Origin: a virus
Length of the DNA stretch: 27,649 nucleotides
Virus record (IMG/VR): IMGVR_UViG_3300034069_002149
Location: 1 to 27,649 of that record
Reading direction: 5' to 3' (one strand)
Below, piece by piece: positions 17,177 through 25,939 of the stretch. Below the pieces are notes generated by a model, which saw only the letters and a program-made list of their open reading frames with translations, made no database searches and had not been told where the DNA came from. How positions within the stretch are numbered: position 1 is the first letter of the stretch; the number at the start of each line of letters is the position of its first letter. The position numbers and the translations under genes were made by a program.

Positions 17177-18709
17177 TTGAGCCTGACGAAGACCCGCCAC
17201 AGAATGATTGCTGGGGCCGTCGCCAGCGTGATCGACTTCGGTGCGGTCGGTAACGGCACCACCAACGACCGCGCCGCCCTGGCTGCCGCCGAAGCAGCGG
17301 GGGCCGGGATCTACCTGCCGCCCGGTGTCTACCGCGTTTCCGCCAGCATCACGCTCAGCAAGGTCGTCACCTTCGCTCCCGGAGCCATCCTGAAGCCCGA
17401 CAGCGGCATCACCATCACGTTGTCCGGAGAGATCGATGCCGGTATGTGGCAGATCTTCGACACGTCTGCTGGCGGCACCTTCGCGGGACCGGTCAGGAAT
17501 CAACTGATCTATCCCGACTGGTGGGGGGCGGTGCCGAACATCCCGACCAACCAGTCTCCCAATATCCAGGCTGCGATCACCTTCGCGCAGGCTGGAGCGC
17601 GCACCGTCTACCTGCGTAACGGCATGTGGCGCTGTGACACCACACTCTTCATGAGGGAACCGGCTGGTATCGTCGGAGATCCGGGAATATCGAGTCAGGG
17701 AGTTGATGCCAGTATCTCCACGCTGGATTTTTCCAGCGCTGCCTCCGGGGTTTCCGGATTGGTGATCGGCAGGACCAATGATTTCCCACTGGATGGCTGC
17801 ACGATCCAGGATATCGCAATCTACAGATCTACCCTGGCCCCCAGCGGCAGCGGCTCCTTCGGCATGATCTTGAAGAGCGTCCGGCAGGCAGAGTGTATCA
17901 ATGTTCAGATCTGGAATTTCGACCGTGGCTACAGCCTTCAGGGTACGGCGACCTGGGCCTGCTCGATGTGCGAGTTCCGCAGTTGCCGCAGCACCAACGC
18001 CGGAACCATTCATTGGGATATCTGGTCCGCGTTCGACTGCGCCTTTGATCGCTGTCAGGCCGGTGGCGGAACGGCACTTTATTGCGTCTATATCTATCCG
18101 AACGCCAACGCTAGTCTGCCGAACGCTCTGCATTGGACCAATGGTACCTTTGTCGGAAATACCGGTGATGGCATCCGTATCCTCACAGGCTTCTGGCACA
18201 ATATCGAGAATTGTGTTTTCGAGGAATTCGCCAGCAACGGAATTCTAATCTCCATGGCCGTCCAGGATCTCAGTCTGCTCAACGTCAGTGTCATCGATTG
18301 CTGGTTTAACAACTGCGGCAATGGCATCGGATCGGTCGGATCTGGCGGAAACTTCCGTTTCGACAATAATCGCATCGAACTGAGCGCCAACAAGGGCACC
18401 ACAGGAATCGGCATTGACTCCGCCTCTTCTGTGGCTGTGGAGAGAGATGTCACGATCTCCGGCAATATCGTCAAAGTCAACAGCGCGACCCAGACTGGCA
18501 TCTCCCTTCAGCGGATATCCGGCGCTCATATCTACGGCAACCGCATCTATTGCGCCAATGCCGCCGCTGCCCAACCTGGAATTTTTCTCGGCGGTCTGTG
18601 CCAGAACAGCATCGTCAGTCAAAACAGGTCCTATACCACGCACGCCGACGCCGTTGGCATTTCCAACAACGGCCCGAATAATCTCATGCTCAACAACCTG
18701 AAGGGCTGA
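17177..18709 (+). CDS. Right-handed beta-helix protein (pectate-lyase-3-like; tailspike/depolymerase-like)
   Basis: SVIDFGAVGNGTTNDRAAL...IYLPPGVY and a second YPDWWGA...IQAAI...VYL start, followed by Asn/Gly-rich PbH1-like repeats. TTG follows GGAGG. Confidence 0.85.
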   Translation: MSLTKTRHRMIAGAVASVIDFGAVGNGTTNDRAALAAAEAAGAGIYLPPGVYRVSASITLSKVVTFAPGAILKPDSGITITLSGEIDAGMWQIFDTSAGGTFAGPVRNQLIYPDWWGAVPNIPTNQSPNIQAAITFAQAGARTVYLRNGMWRCDTTLFMREPAGIVGDPGISSQGVDASISTLDFSSAASGVSGLVIGRTNDFPLDGCTIQDIAIYRSTLAPSGSGSFGMILKSVRQAECINVQIWNFDRGYSLQGTATWACSMCEFRSCRSTNAGTIHWDIWSAFDCAFDRCQAGGGTALYCVYIYPNANASLPNALHWTNGTFVGNTGDGIRILTGFWHNIENCVFEEFASNGILISMAVQDLSLLNVSVIDCWFNNCGNGIGSVGSGGNFRFDNNRIELSANKGTTGIGIDSASSVAVERDVTISGNIVKVNSATQTGISLQRISGAHIYGNRIYCANAAAAQPGIFLGGLCQNSIVSQNRSYTTHADAVGISNNGPNNLMLNNLKG

Positions 18710-18779
18710 ACCGTCATGGACGCCGGTTCAGTCTGTCGTCTATCCTCTCGGGAGGAACCACGAACGCATAGGAGACCGC

Positions 18780-19016
18780 GTGATCGGCGTCACCGAACCG
18801 CCCTTTACCTGCACCCGATGCGGTCATGTCGAGATGACTCTCACCGCTATCTCCCACCACGACCTTGAATGTGCTCCGTCCGTCAGGCAGAGAGGCAGGG
18901 AGCAACCAAATCCAAGGCAGGGTTTTTCTGACTCATGGTTCGAGTTCCGGGTCCGGATCTACATGTACCTGTTCATGCTGGACAGGATCAGACAGGGACG
19001 CAGGAAAGGGCAGTAG
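18780..19016 (+). CDS. Hypothetical protein with CxxC...H...C
   Basis: GTG follows AGGAG. Confidence 0.5.
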   Translation: MIGVTEPPFTCTRCGHVEMTLTAISHHDLECAPSVRQRGREQPNPRQGFSDSWFEFRVRIYMYLFMLDRIRQGRRKGQ

Positions 19017-19017
19017 T

Positions 19018-19161
19018 ATGTATGATCGAGCGAAGGAAGATACGGCGGACAAGATCGGCATCGTGATCTTCTCCATGATCATCCTGGCCTATGTTCTGTT
19101 CTGGCTCGGACTCTTCCTGTGCGCCGTAAAGCTGTTCTGGTGGATCTTGTTCGTCCTATGA
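19018..19161 (+). CDS. Small membrane protein (47 aa)
   Basis: Long hydrophobic stretch IGIVIFSMIILAYVLFWLGLFLCAVKLFWWILFVL. SD AAGGG. Confidence 0.6.
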   Translation: MYDRAKEDTADKIGIVIFSMIILAYVLFWLGLFLCAVKLFWWILFVL

Positions 19162-19242
19162 CGTTTGGGCGTGACCTGAGAAAATTGCGTACCGCCGATA
19201 TAGGCATTGCGGCCAGATCGTCTATCAGGGTATTGATGTCGC

Positions 19243-19304
19243 CGGGTCGGTGCGTTCGCCCAGAACAGTAGCCGGTTCCAGCGTTTGTTTTTCGCGCCGA
19301 CCCG
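19243..19304 (+). ncRNA. Candidate structured small RNA
   Basis: 12-bp closing stem CGGGTCGGTGCG/CGCGCCGACCCG and inner AGAACAG/TTGTTTT stem. Intergenic and followed by a terminator. Confidence 0.4.
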
Positions 19305-19334
19305 TTGCCATACAGATTTCTCCCGTGCTCGCTG

Positions 19335-19370
19335 AAAAGCCCGTCGTCCAACAGGATGGCGGGTCTTTTT
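19335..19370 (+). terminator. Rho-independent terminator
   Basis: GCCCGTCGTCC-aaca-GGATGGCGGGT followed by CTTTTT. The G:U pairs favour the plus strand. Confidence 0.75.
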
Positions 19371-19405
19371 GTGCATGGGCGCGGCCAGGATTAGACAACT
19401 AGACG

Positions 19406-19475
19406 TTGACGGCGCAAAGGGATTTGCGAGAGAATAGAACGGGACGCCAGCGGTGTATCAGACCTCTGACGTCCC
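19406..19475 (+). promoter_or_regulatory. Promoter and leader hairpin of the HNH gene
   Basis: TTGACG-N18-GAGAAT, then a hairpin at 19441-19475 (GGGACG/CGTCCC, CAG/CTG, GGT/ACC). Confidence 0.5.
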
Positions 19476-19504
19476 TGACCACAACGGAACCTTGGAGAAG
19501 CACT

Positions 19505-20200
19505 GTGGCTAGGGTTAGGGATAAGGCCAAGCGGAATGCTTGGTCAAGGGAAAGAACGTGTATCCATTGCGGCAAGGTCGATACCGTTAGGAAAGATAAT
19601 CTGGCGGAGATTTGCCAGAGTTGCGCCGCCAGAGCTAATCGCACCAATGCAACTGGAGACGATATCTATAAGCAGGTGACCGCTGTGTGCTTGCACTGCG
19701 AGAAAACCTTTGAAACTTGCAGAAGTGTTGTCGCAAAGGGTGCAGCGAAATACTGTTCGAAAGAGTGCTTTAAGGCCGTTGCTGCGGTAGATCGTATCTG
19801 CAAGCACTGCGGAATACACTTCAGGACCCAGAGGGGGCGGATCTCTGGGAAGACAAACTCGGCAGCGAACTACTGCACCCTCTGGTGCTATCACGACTCG
19901 ATGGCTATTCCCGGTCACACGAATGGTCGTGGTTCCCGTTGGATTAAGCTGAGAAGAGAAATGATTGCGGAGCACGGGAAATGTGCTTCGTGCGGAGTAA
20001 CGGAAAAGCTGTCCGTCCATCACATGATACCGTGGCGTCTTACCCACGATAACAGACCGGAAAACCTCGTTGTGCTCTGCCGACCCTGTCACGCCAGGGA
20101 AGACAGGTTATGGGAGGCTGACTTAATCGCAGCGGCGGCGGATTTCTTGCTTGCACGCATCAGCATTCGAAAAAGGATCTTCGGTGAAAATGAACCTTGA
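19505..20200 (+). CDS. HNH endonuclease with N-terminal Zn-finger repeats
   Basis: CASCG...VHHMIPW...NRPENLVVLCRPCH plus several CxxC...YCSxxC repeats. GTG 19505 follows GGAG. Confidence 0.88.
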   Translation: MARVRDKAKRNAWSRERTCIHCGKVDTVRKDNLAEICQSCAARANRTNATGDDIYKQVTAVCLHCEKTFETCRSVVAKGAAKYCSKECFKAVAAVDRICKHCGIHFRTQRGRISGKTNSAANYCTLWCYHDSMAIPGHTNGRGSRWIKLRREMIAEHGKCASCGVTEKLSVHHMIPWRLTHDNRPENLVVLCRPCHAREDRLWEADLIAAAADFLLARISIRKRIFGENEP

Positions 20201-21539
20201 GATGTGGCCGACTGACAAGCTGGTCGAGTACAGCAGGAACCCGAGAAAGAACGATACCCAAATAGATAGAATGGTGTCGTCCTTTCAGGAGTTTGGGTTT
20301 CGTCTTCCGATCTTGGCTAAATCTGACGGGCTTGTTGTAGACGGCCATCTCAGGCTTAAGGCTGCAAGGAAGATGGGCATCGAAGAGGTGCCCGTCGTTC
20401 TGGCTGACGACATGACGGACAACCAGATCAAGGCATTCAGACTTCTCGCTAATCGGTCTGCCAACTGGGCGGAATGGGATGACGACCTTGTCTCCCTGGA
20501 GTTGGGAGATCTACAGGACGCTGGCTTCGACCTGCTGAAGACAGGCTTCGATGAGGACGAGCTGGATGCTTTTCTCAACGGCGTGGCTGTAGATCCGATT
20601 GAAGAGCAGGATACATCTGACCTCGATACGGCTCCTGCTCCTCCCAGAAATCCAGTGTCTCGTCCTGGAGATATCTGGGTCATGGGAAAACTGAAACATC
20701 GCCTGATCTGCGGTGACTCCACCGATGCGGCCACACTGGACAAGCTGCTTGGCAAGGACACCAAGGCAGCCATGCTGGTGACCTCGCCGCCGTACTGGGC
20801 CAAGCAGGCATACGACGACGCTCCCGGTATCCAGGGTGCCGCCGACTTCTGCGCCAAGGTGTCTGAAGCCTGGGCGTCCCGTATTCGACGTCGAATAGTG
20901 ATCAACACCGGCACCACGGTCGAGACCTCCATCGATCCCAAGGGGCGTCCCGGTGTCCGCATCCTGCTCGACGCGATGTGGACCGCCGCCATGTCCAGTG
21001 CCGGTTGGGATCTGCGCAATCGCCGGGTCTGGGTCAAGTCAGGCCCGAACCCGAACACGGCACCGCACATCGACTCCGTGGATCAGTCCTGGGAGACGAT
21101 GCTGACGTACTGGCGGGCAGGGCATACCGAGGGTGGGCAGGAGAGGGTTAGCGAACCATGGAGCATCGCGGGATTCTTCGACGATATAAAAGGCGTGGGC
21201 AAGGATGTTGTTGGCGACGACCACCCCTGCCCGTATCCCGTCGAGCTTCCCCGCCGTTTCATCCTGCTCTATTCCAAGCCGGGAGACGTCGTCGCGGAGC
21301 CGTTCTGCGGCAGCGGTACGACAATCCTCGCAGGAGAGGTAACCGGGCGCTCCGTTCATGCCAGCGAACTCAGCCCATCCTACGTCGATGTGTCGATCCT
21401 GCGCTGGCAGGAAATGACCGGCGTCCAGGCCATTCTGGAGGCAACCGGTGAAACCTTCGATGAGGTGCGCGCTTACCGCGTTGTCGAGGATGAGTTCGAG
21501 GAACTGGGAGAACCGGAGGACGAGGAAGACGCGGCATGA
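20190..21539 (+). CDS. ParB-N-domain fused DNA methyltransferase (N4-C/N6-A, beta class)
   Basis: ParB part YSRNPRKN...FGF..PI...VVDGHLRLKAA, then TSPPY before HPCPYP and EPFCGSGTT. The start may be GTG 20184. Confidence 0.9.
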   Translation: MNLEMWPTDKLVEYSRNPRKNDTQIDRMVSSFQEFGFRLPILAKSDGLVVDGHLRLKAARKMGIEEVPVVLADDMTDNQIKAFRLLANRSANWAEWDDDLVSLELGDLQDAGFDLLKTGFDEDELDAFLNGVAVDPIEEQDTSDLDTAPAPPRNPVSRPGDIWVMGKLKHRLICGDSTDAATLDKLLGKDTKAAMLVTSPPYWAKQAYDDAPGIQGAADFCAKVSEAWASRIRRRIVINTGTTVETSIDPKGRPGVRILLDAMWTAAMSSAGWDLRNRRVWVKSGPNPNTAPHIDSVDQSWETMLTYWRAGHTEGGQERVSEPWSIAGFFDDIKGVGKDVVGDDHPCPYPVELPRRFILLYSKPGDVVAEPFCGSGTTILAGEVTGRSVHASELSPSYVDVSILRWQEMTGVQAILEATGETFDEVRAYRVVEDEFEELGEPEDEEDAA

Positions 21540-21853
21540 ACATGATGCAACAGACGTCCCTTGAGGCATGGGACCGATGGCAGGGAAAATCTTCCGCCCA
21601 ACTGGACAGCGAAATCCTAAAGGCTCTCTGGCATGCCGGGGCCGAAGGCATGATGTGCTGGCAGGTCGAGGACGAGATAGGCCGGACTCATCAGGCGGTT
21701 TCTGGTAACATGACCCACTTGCTGGAGCGTGGCGGCGTCGTCAGGACTGACCGCAAAGGCAAGACACCGAGAGGATTCACCGCCTATTACTGGGTCCACG
21801 CCGATCACGCTCCCGAGGCTAAACCCCCGGCGCAGCTAGGGCTATTCGGATGA
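21536..21853 (+). CDS. Winged-helix-like phage protein
   Basis: GMMCWQVEDEIGRTHQAVSGNMTHL...VVRT..KGKT pattern. ATGA coupling. Confidence 0.65.
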   Translation: MNMMQQTSLEAWDRWQGKSSAQLDSEILKALWHAGAEGMMCWQVEDEIGRTHQAVSGNMTHLLERGGVVRTDRKGKTPRGFTAYYWVHADHAPEAKPPAQLGLFG

Positions 21854-22434
21854 CCGACGACACGCCATCAGCACTTCAGGCGACCTATAGTGATCTCAAA
21901 ATCATCAAGACCAGGGATAGTTTTCAAATCATCTTCGAGATGCCGCTTGCCGAGTTCAATAGCGCGATGGCCGTGCTGGGCGGCGCTCCGCGACCAGACC
22001 GGGAAGTCTGGGTCGCCATCGCCAGACTCAACCCAACCCTGTCCAGAGCAGAAACCGCGCCGGAAATTCAGGCCCATCCTGTTGCGGCGGCACTGCCCGC
22101 ACCCAAACCAGCGGTAACCCTGGACAATCCCAAGTCAGCGCCAACCCTGAACAGCGCCAAGCCCAAGCCAAAGCGTTCCTGGTTCGAACTGTCAGCCGTC
22201 CAGCGCGCGTCGATGCGCTGCGAGGATCATCGCTTCTGGGGCTGGCTGTGCGCCATCGGCAGAACACAGGAAGCCAGCGAGGCGGCGACGCTGGAGTATG
22301 TCCGGAGAATAGCCGGAGGCTCGCGGAGCAACCTGGGGAGGAAAGGGTTTGATAAGGAAACCGAGGCATGGGACAAGGTGGATCGCGCCTATGCCGGTCA
22401 CCTCGAACGACAGATGATCGACAGCATGCGCTGA
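21850..22434 (+). CDS. Conserved-looking hypothetical phage protein
   Basis: ATGA coupling. Two domains joined by a Pro/Ala linker. Confidence 0.7.
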   Translation: MTDDTPSALQATYSDLKIIKTRDSFQIIFEMPLAEFNSAMAVLGGAPRPDREVWVAIARLNPTLSRAETAPEIQAHPVAAALPAPKPAVTLDNPKSAPTLNSAKPKPKRSWFELSAVQRASMRCEDHRFWGWLCAIGRTQEASEAATLEYVRRIAGGSRSNLGRKGFDKETEAWDKVDRAYAGHLERQMIDSMR

Positions 22435-22452
22435 GGCGCGGGAGGTTTGAAC

Positions 22453-23331
22453 GTGGGTAGAGAACATTTTTTGGCAGGCATCGGTGGTTACCGGCCCGAT
22501 CTCAGCTACAGCACGATGGATGATCGCTGCATCGCCCAGTTTCCCGGTTACGACAAGCCCATTGCCATGCTGCCCAGCAACACGGTCGATGCGGTCTTCA
22601 CGTCCAAGGGAATGCTGGCCTACCGGGACTCCAGGGGCGAAATGCGCGCTCTCCAGATCGCGGACCATGAGCCGATCTATGCAGCCGCTGTAGCAGCAGT
22701 TCACAAAGAAAGCGAACAGCCGAGAAGCATCGTGACCGGCAAGCCCATGAAGACCTTCTCCCAGATCATGGGCCGTCACACGGGCGGCATCGTATCCGCT
22801 GATATGAACGGTCACGGACTGTATCGGTATGAGGCAAAGAAGGACAGCATGGAAGACGCTGTCAACCGGATCGTCATCGGCAAGGATGCCTGCCTGAAAG
22901 ACGGCAACGGCGTCGATATGATGACTAAAGATACAGTCATCCACGCGACCATCTCCGCGAGCCACATCCCTGTCGGAAAGATCTCGACAGGAAAGATCGT
23001 TGGCGGAAATGAGTCCGTTGAGTCCGTATCCGCGATGAAGAGCAAGGTCAATTCCAAGGAAAGCTTTGAGCACTTCGCCGCAGAGATGGTGAAGGATTAC
23101 ATCGCGCCGCTGGTCTGTGAGGTCCAGAGACTGGCAAAGCTGAACACGGAACTGACGAACAAAGTCAAGGCGCTGGAGAGCAGGCCCATCGCTCCGGCAT
23201 CCGCTCAGCCGGTTTCCTCTTCTCCCTCCCAGGATATCCCGATCCGGGAAGTCTCTTGGGGCGACCAGGGCGGTCTGCCGAACTTCATCCACCCGCAGGA
23301 TAATCCGTTCTGCGGCAAGCGGCGCGGCTGA
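22453..23331 (+). CDS. Hypothetical protein with a C-terminal coiled coil
   Basis: GTG 22453 lies 7 nt after GGAGG. VQRLAKLNTELTNKVKALE shows heptad periodicity. Confidence 0.7.
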   Translation: MGREHFLAGIGGYRPDLSYSTMDDRCIAQFPGYDKPIAMLPSNTVDAVFTSKGMLAYRDSRGEMRALQIADHEPIYAAAVAAVHKESEQPRSIVTGKPMKTFSQIMGRHTGGIVSADMNGHGLYRYEAKKDSMEDAVNRIVIGKDACLKDGNGVDMMTKDTVIHATISASHIPVGKISTGKIVGGNESVESVSAMKSKVNSKESFEHFAAEMVKDYIAPLVCEVQRLAKLNTELTNKVKALESRPIAPASAQPVSSSPSQDIPIREVSWGDQGGLPNFIHPQDNPFCGKRRG

Positions 23332-23336
23332 TAGAT

Positions 23337-23364
23337 CGGGAGGGACGGGCTATCGTTCCTCCCG
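23337..23364 (+). terminator. Hairpin after gene end
   Basis: CGGGAGGGACG-ggctat-CGTTCCTCCCG with no U-tract. Confidence 0.4.
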
Positions 23365-23419
23365 TCCAGATACGGCAGGTCAACCAAAAGCCAACCATGA
23401 GAATAGCCCCGAGGCGGAG

Positions 23420-23710
23420 ATGCCGATGAAATCGCTCCTGGCTCTCTGGAGAGAATGGCGGGATGAGCAGCGGGAGATTAGGCAGGATGCCGAGGCATAC
23501 TCCCGAATGCTGGCCGATATTCAGGACCTGTGCGTCTGGTGCGCTGATTTCCCGGAAGTGGAAGCCTGCGCCTACTGGCTTCTTCTCAGGGATCACCAGC
23601 GCCGCTGGAAACCGGGAGACGGGGCGCTGCCCAGTGGTCCCTACTGGGGTCCGATTGCCACGTTTCACGATCAGCTCGTGGTCAGACGCAGCCGAGACCG
23701 CAGACGGTAA
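23420..23710 (+). CDS. Hypothetical protein
   Basis: SD GAGG/GGAG. Fills the gap between neighbours. Confidence 0.55.
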   Translation: MPMKSLLALWREWRDEQREIRQDAEAYSRMLADIQDLCVWCADFPEVEACAYWLLLRDHQRRWKPGDGALPSGPYWGPIATFHDQLVVRRSRDRRR

Positions 23711-23892
23711 GACAAACAAAATACCCGGCTGCCTAATTGACAACCGGGTATTCCGCAAGCGCAAACGTCACATCAAGGAAACAAGGTCTTCACCCAACTC
23801 GCTCTCACACGAGTCCATCAGCATCCCAGGACAGGGCAATCTCGCAGATGCGTCTGGTAAGGGATATATACACTGGGACTTTGGGGGAATCA

Positions 23893-24447
23893 ATGGACTC
23901 GCACATTTTCCGTAGAGAGATAAGCATCGACTACGGCTATCGAGTCAGAACTACCAATTCCGCGTCGTCCTCCCTGCACGGTAGGCGTGGGGTGGTCGAA
24001 GCCTGGATCAACGCAGAGCTTCAGGACAGCGGAGAGCAGGCCGGTCTGGTGCTCGACCTTGAGTTCCTGAACGAGGTGCTTCACGAGAACGTCACGGTGC
24101 CGTGTGACCGGGGTCTGATCCTCGACGTCCATGATCCGCTGGTCAGGACGCTGCGCCCGACATGGTCTGACCGTGACGTATCGGATACCATCCTGGCAGT
24201 CGCCGCCCGTGGTCACATGACGACTGAAGGGCTGAGCGGCAAGCTCTATCTGATCCTCGATCCGCCGACCGGGCAAAATCTGGCACGGCATTTCCATGAG
24301 AAGCTGAAGGGGCCGGTGCTTACACGATCCGGAGGCCGCGCGACTCTTCTCGGCGTAAAATTCTGGGAAAGTCCGGAGCAGTGGGCAGGCTATGGCCCAT
24401 CGTTCGGTTCCAGCGTTGATCTGCATGAGTGGGAGCACATGCTCTGA
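23893..24447 (+). CDS. QueD/6-pyruvoyl-tetrahydropterin-synthase-fold protein with degenerate active site
   Basis: REISIDYGYRV...SLHGRRGVVE...GLVLDL...PTGQNLA...VKFWESP follows the QueD layout. ATG follows GGGGGA. Confidence 0.75.
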   Translation: MDSHIFRREISIDYGYRVRTTNSASSSLHGRRGVVEAWINAELQDSGEQAGLVLDLEFLNEVLHENVTVPCDRGLILDVHDPLVRTLRPTWSDRDVSDTILAVAARGHMTTEGLSGKLYLILDPPTGQNLARHFHEKLKGPVLTRSGGRATLLGVKFWESPEQWAGYGPSFGSSVDLHEWEHML

Positions 24448-24924
24448 GTGCTCGGGTCCGGAGGACACTTGAGCTTTTTCTCTCCCAAATGGTCCGGGGT
24501 CCCGAACCTGGAAATCCGGAAATTCCCGGTTTCCCGCAAATCCCCTGAAGGCTCAACTCCAAAATCCGGGACACGAGTTCGAGCGCGTCCAATATCCCCT
24601 GCTGTCAGGCTCGCTCTGCGCCGCCGCGAACAGAAAGCCGCCCACCTGGAGGATATCCAGCGGACGGCTCATCGCGGTTCCCGTCAAATGCCTGTTCCGT
24701 GAGGCGTTCTGGTCTGCCCTATCCCTACCGTTTCAACATCCACGCTGCGCCCGTTTTTCTGGCCGCTGGATAGGGTCTAAGCGTTGGGTGCTACATGGGT
24801 AGCCAAATCACTTTCCCTGTCCCGTTGCGCTGGATATCCGGTTCCCTGTTCCATGCTGCAACCCTTTCCCCTGCCCTATTCAATGGCTCATGGCAAGGCG
24901 GAAAGGCACCCCACATAAGACTTA

Positions 24925-24954
24925 GCGCGCGGTACCTGTCACAGTACCGCGCGC
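24925..24954 (-). terminator. Hairpin closing the minus-strand gene cluster
   Basis: GCGCGCGGTAC-ctgtcaca-GTACCGCGCGC is a perfect 11-bp stem just past the last stop. Confidence 0.55.
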
Positions 24955-24977
24955 CATGCCTTAGCCGTTTCTTGCGC

Positions 24978-25232
24978 TTAGGTGTTTCTTAGGTGCTGGA
25001 CGATTGCAAAGGCGCAACTCTCACTGAGAGCGTGACCCCACCCGGTCATCATCTTCGAGACATCTTCCCGGAGTTCTTCCGGGATCTGGCCGAACCGCCT
25101 GTTGAACCGCTCCACGACACGGAAGGCATAGCGCCTATCCTGATAGAACCGAACTGGCGGACCCGCTTGGTACTCGACCGACACGCCGTAACCCTTGCGG
25201 ACATTGTGGCCCTCGATATACAGCCTCTTCAT
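24978..25232 (-). CDS. Hypothetical phage protein
   Basis: Start lies 1 nt after the upstream stop. Confidence 0.65.
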   Translation of the reverse strand: MKRLYIEGHNVRKGYGVSVEYQAGPPVRFYQDRRYAFRVVERFNRRFGQIPEELREDVSKMMTGWGHALSESCAFAIVQHLRNT

Positions 25233-25233
25233 A

Positions 25234-25638
25234 TCAGCTTCCGATCATCAGGTACCACTTGCCGTCCGATCTGCGGCTGGCACCCTCCAGGTACAGGCTC
25301 TCTATGCCGTGGCTTGCTATCCCGTAGGTGCCATCTGACTCGCCACGATTAAGCGTGCCCGCTGCCAGTTCCACGACCCTGGTGCTGGTCCGTTCCTCTT
25401 CGTGGTAAATCACCTTGTAGGCGGCGGCAACTCCACGGGCAAACCGCTCGACCGTGATCGGCTTGGTCATGTGCAGTGTGGTCGGTCTGGTCAGCGGGTA
25501 GTCGATCACAACGTCTATGGCGTCACGGTCGTCCATGATCGTGCTGGCACCAAGAAGCTCCCCGTATTCCTCCGGAGCGGCGATGCGCGGGGTTTCGTCA
25601 CGGGTCTCAAACTCGAAATAGATGGTCGTGGCTTTCAT
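25234..25638 (-). CDS. Hypothetical protein
   Basis: ATG 25638 follows AGGA. Motifs IDYPL, IYHEEE and NRGESDGTYGIASH. Confidence 0.7.
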   Translation of the reverse strand: MKATTIYFEFETRDETPRIAAPEEYGELLGASTIMDDRDAIDVVIDYPLTRPTTLHMTKPITVERFARGVAAAYKVIYHEEERTSTRVVELAAGTLNRGESDGTYGIASHGIESLYLEGASRRSDGKWYLMIGS

Positions 25639-25663
25639 CTTGTCCTGTTTCCTTGATGCTGGG

Positions 25664-25939
25664 TTAGTCTTCAAGATCGCCGTGGATCTTGGAGATGAAT
25701 TTGTACTCGTTGGGTGAGTGCTCCTTGAGGAACGCCAAAGCCTTGCGTTCCAGCGGCTCACCTGCTCTGGCGTTGTTGACGACCAGTATCCAGGCATCGT
25801 CATCATTCCGGATCAGGCCCGCCTCGTTGTGCGCCTGTAGCTGGTAGGGCGTGCCGTTCTCGCTGTCTGAGGCATCAAAGATGCCCCATCCACGAGCCAG
25901 CGCCGCCGCCTCGTCTTCACGGGTCCATTGCGTCGTCAT
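25664..25939 (-). CDS. Hypothetical phage protein
   Basis: ATGA overlap at 25936-25939 (MTTQWTREDEAAALARGWGIF). Confidence 0.7.
   Translation of the reverse strand: MTTQWTREDEAAALARGWGIFDASDSENGTPYQLQAHNEAGLIRNDDDAWILVVNNARAGEPLERKALAFLKEHSPNEYKFISKIHGDLED

Noticed and set aside
17135-18199. 354-aa minus-strand ORF
   Set aside because: It is a shadow of the beta-helix gene.
22192-23292. 366-aa minus-strand ORF
   Set aside because: It overlaps two plus-strand genes with proper start context and co-oriented neighbours.
24448-24992. ORFs 24448-24702 and 24795-24992
   Set aside because: They lack a convincing SD, give Pro/Arg/Ser-rich translations, and overlap repeats and a hairpin.
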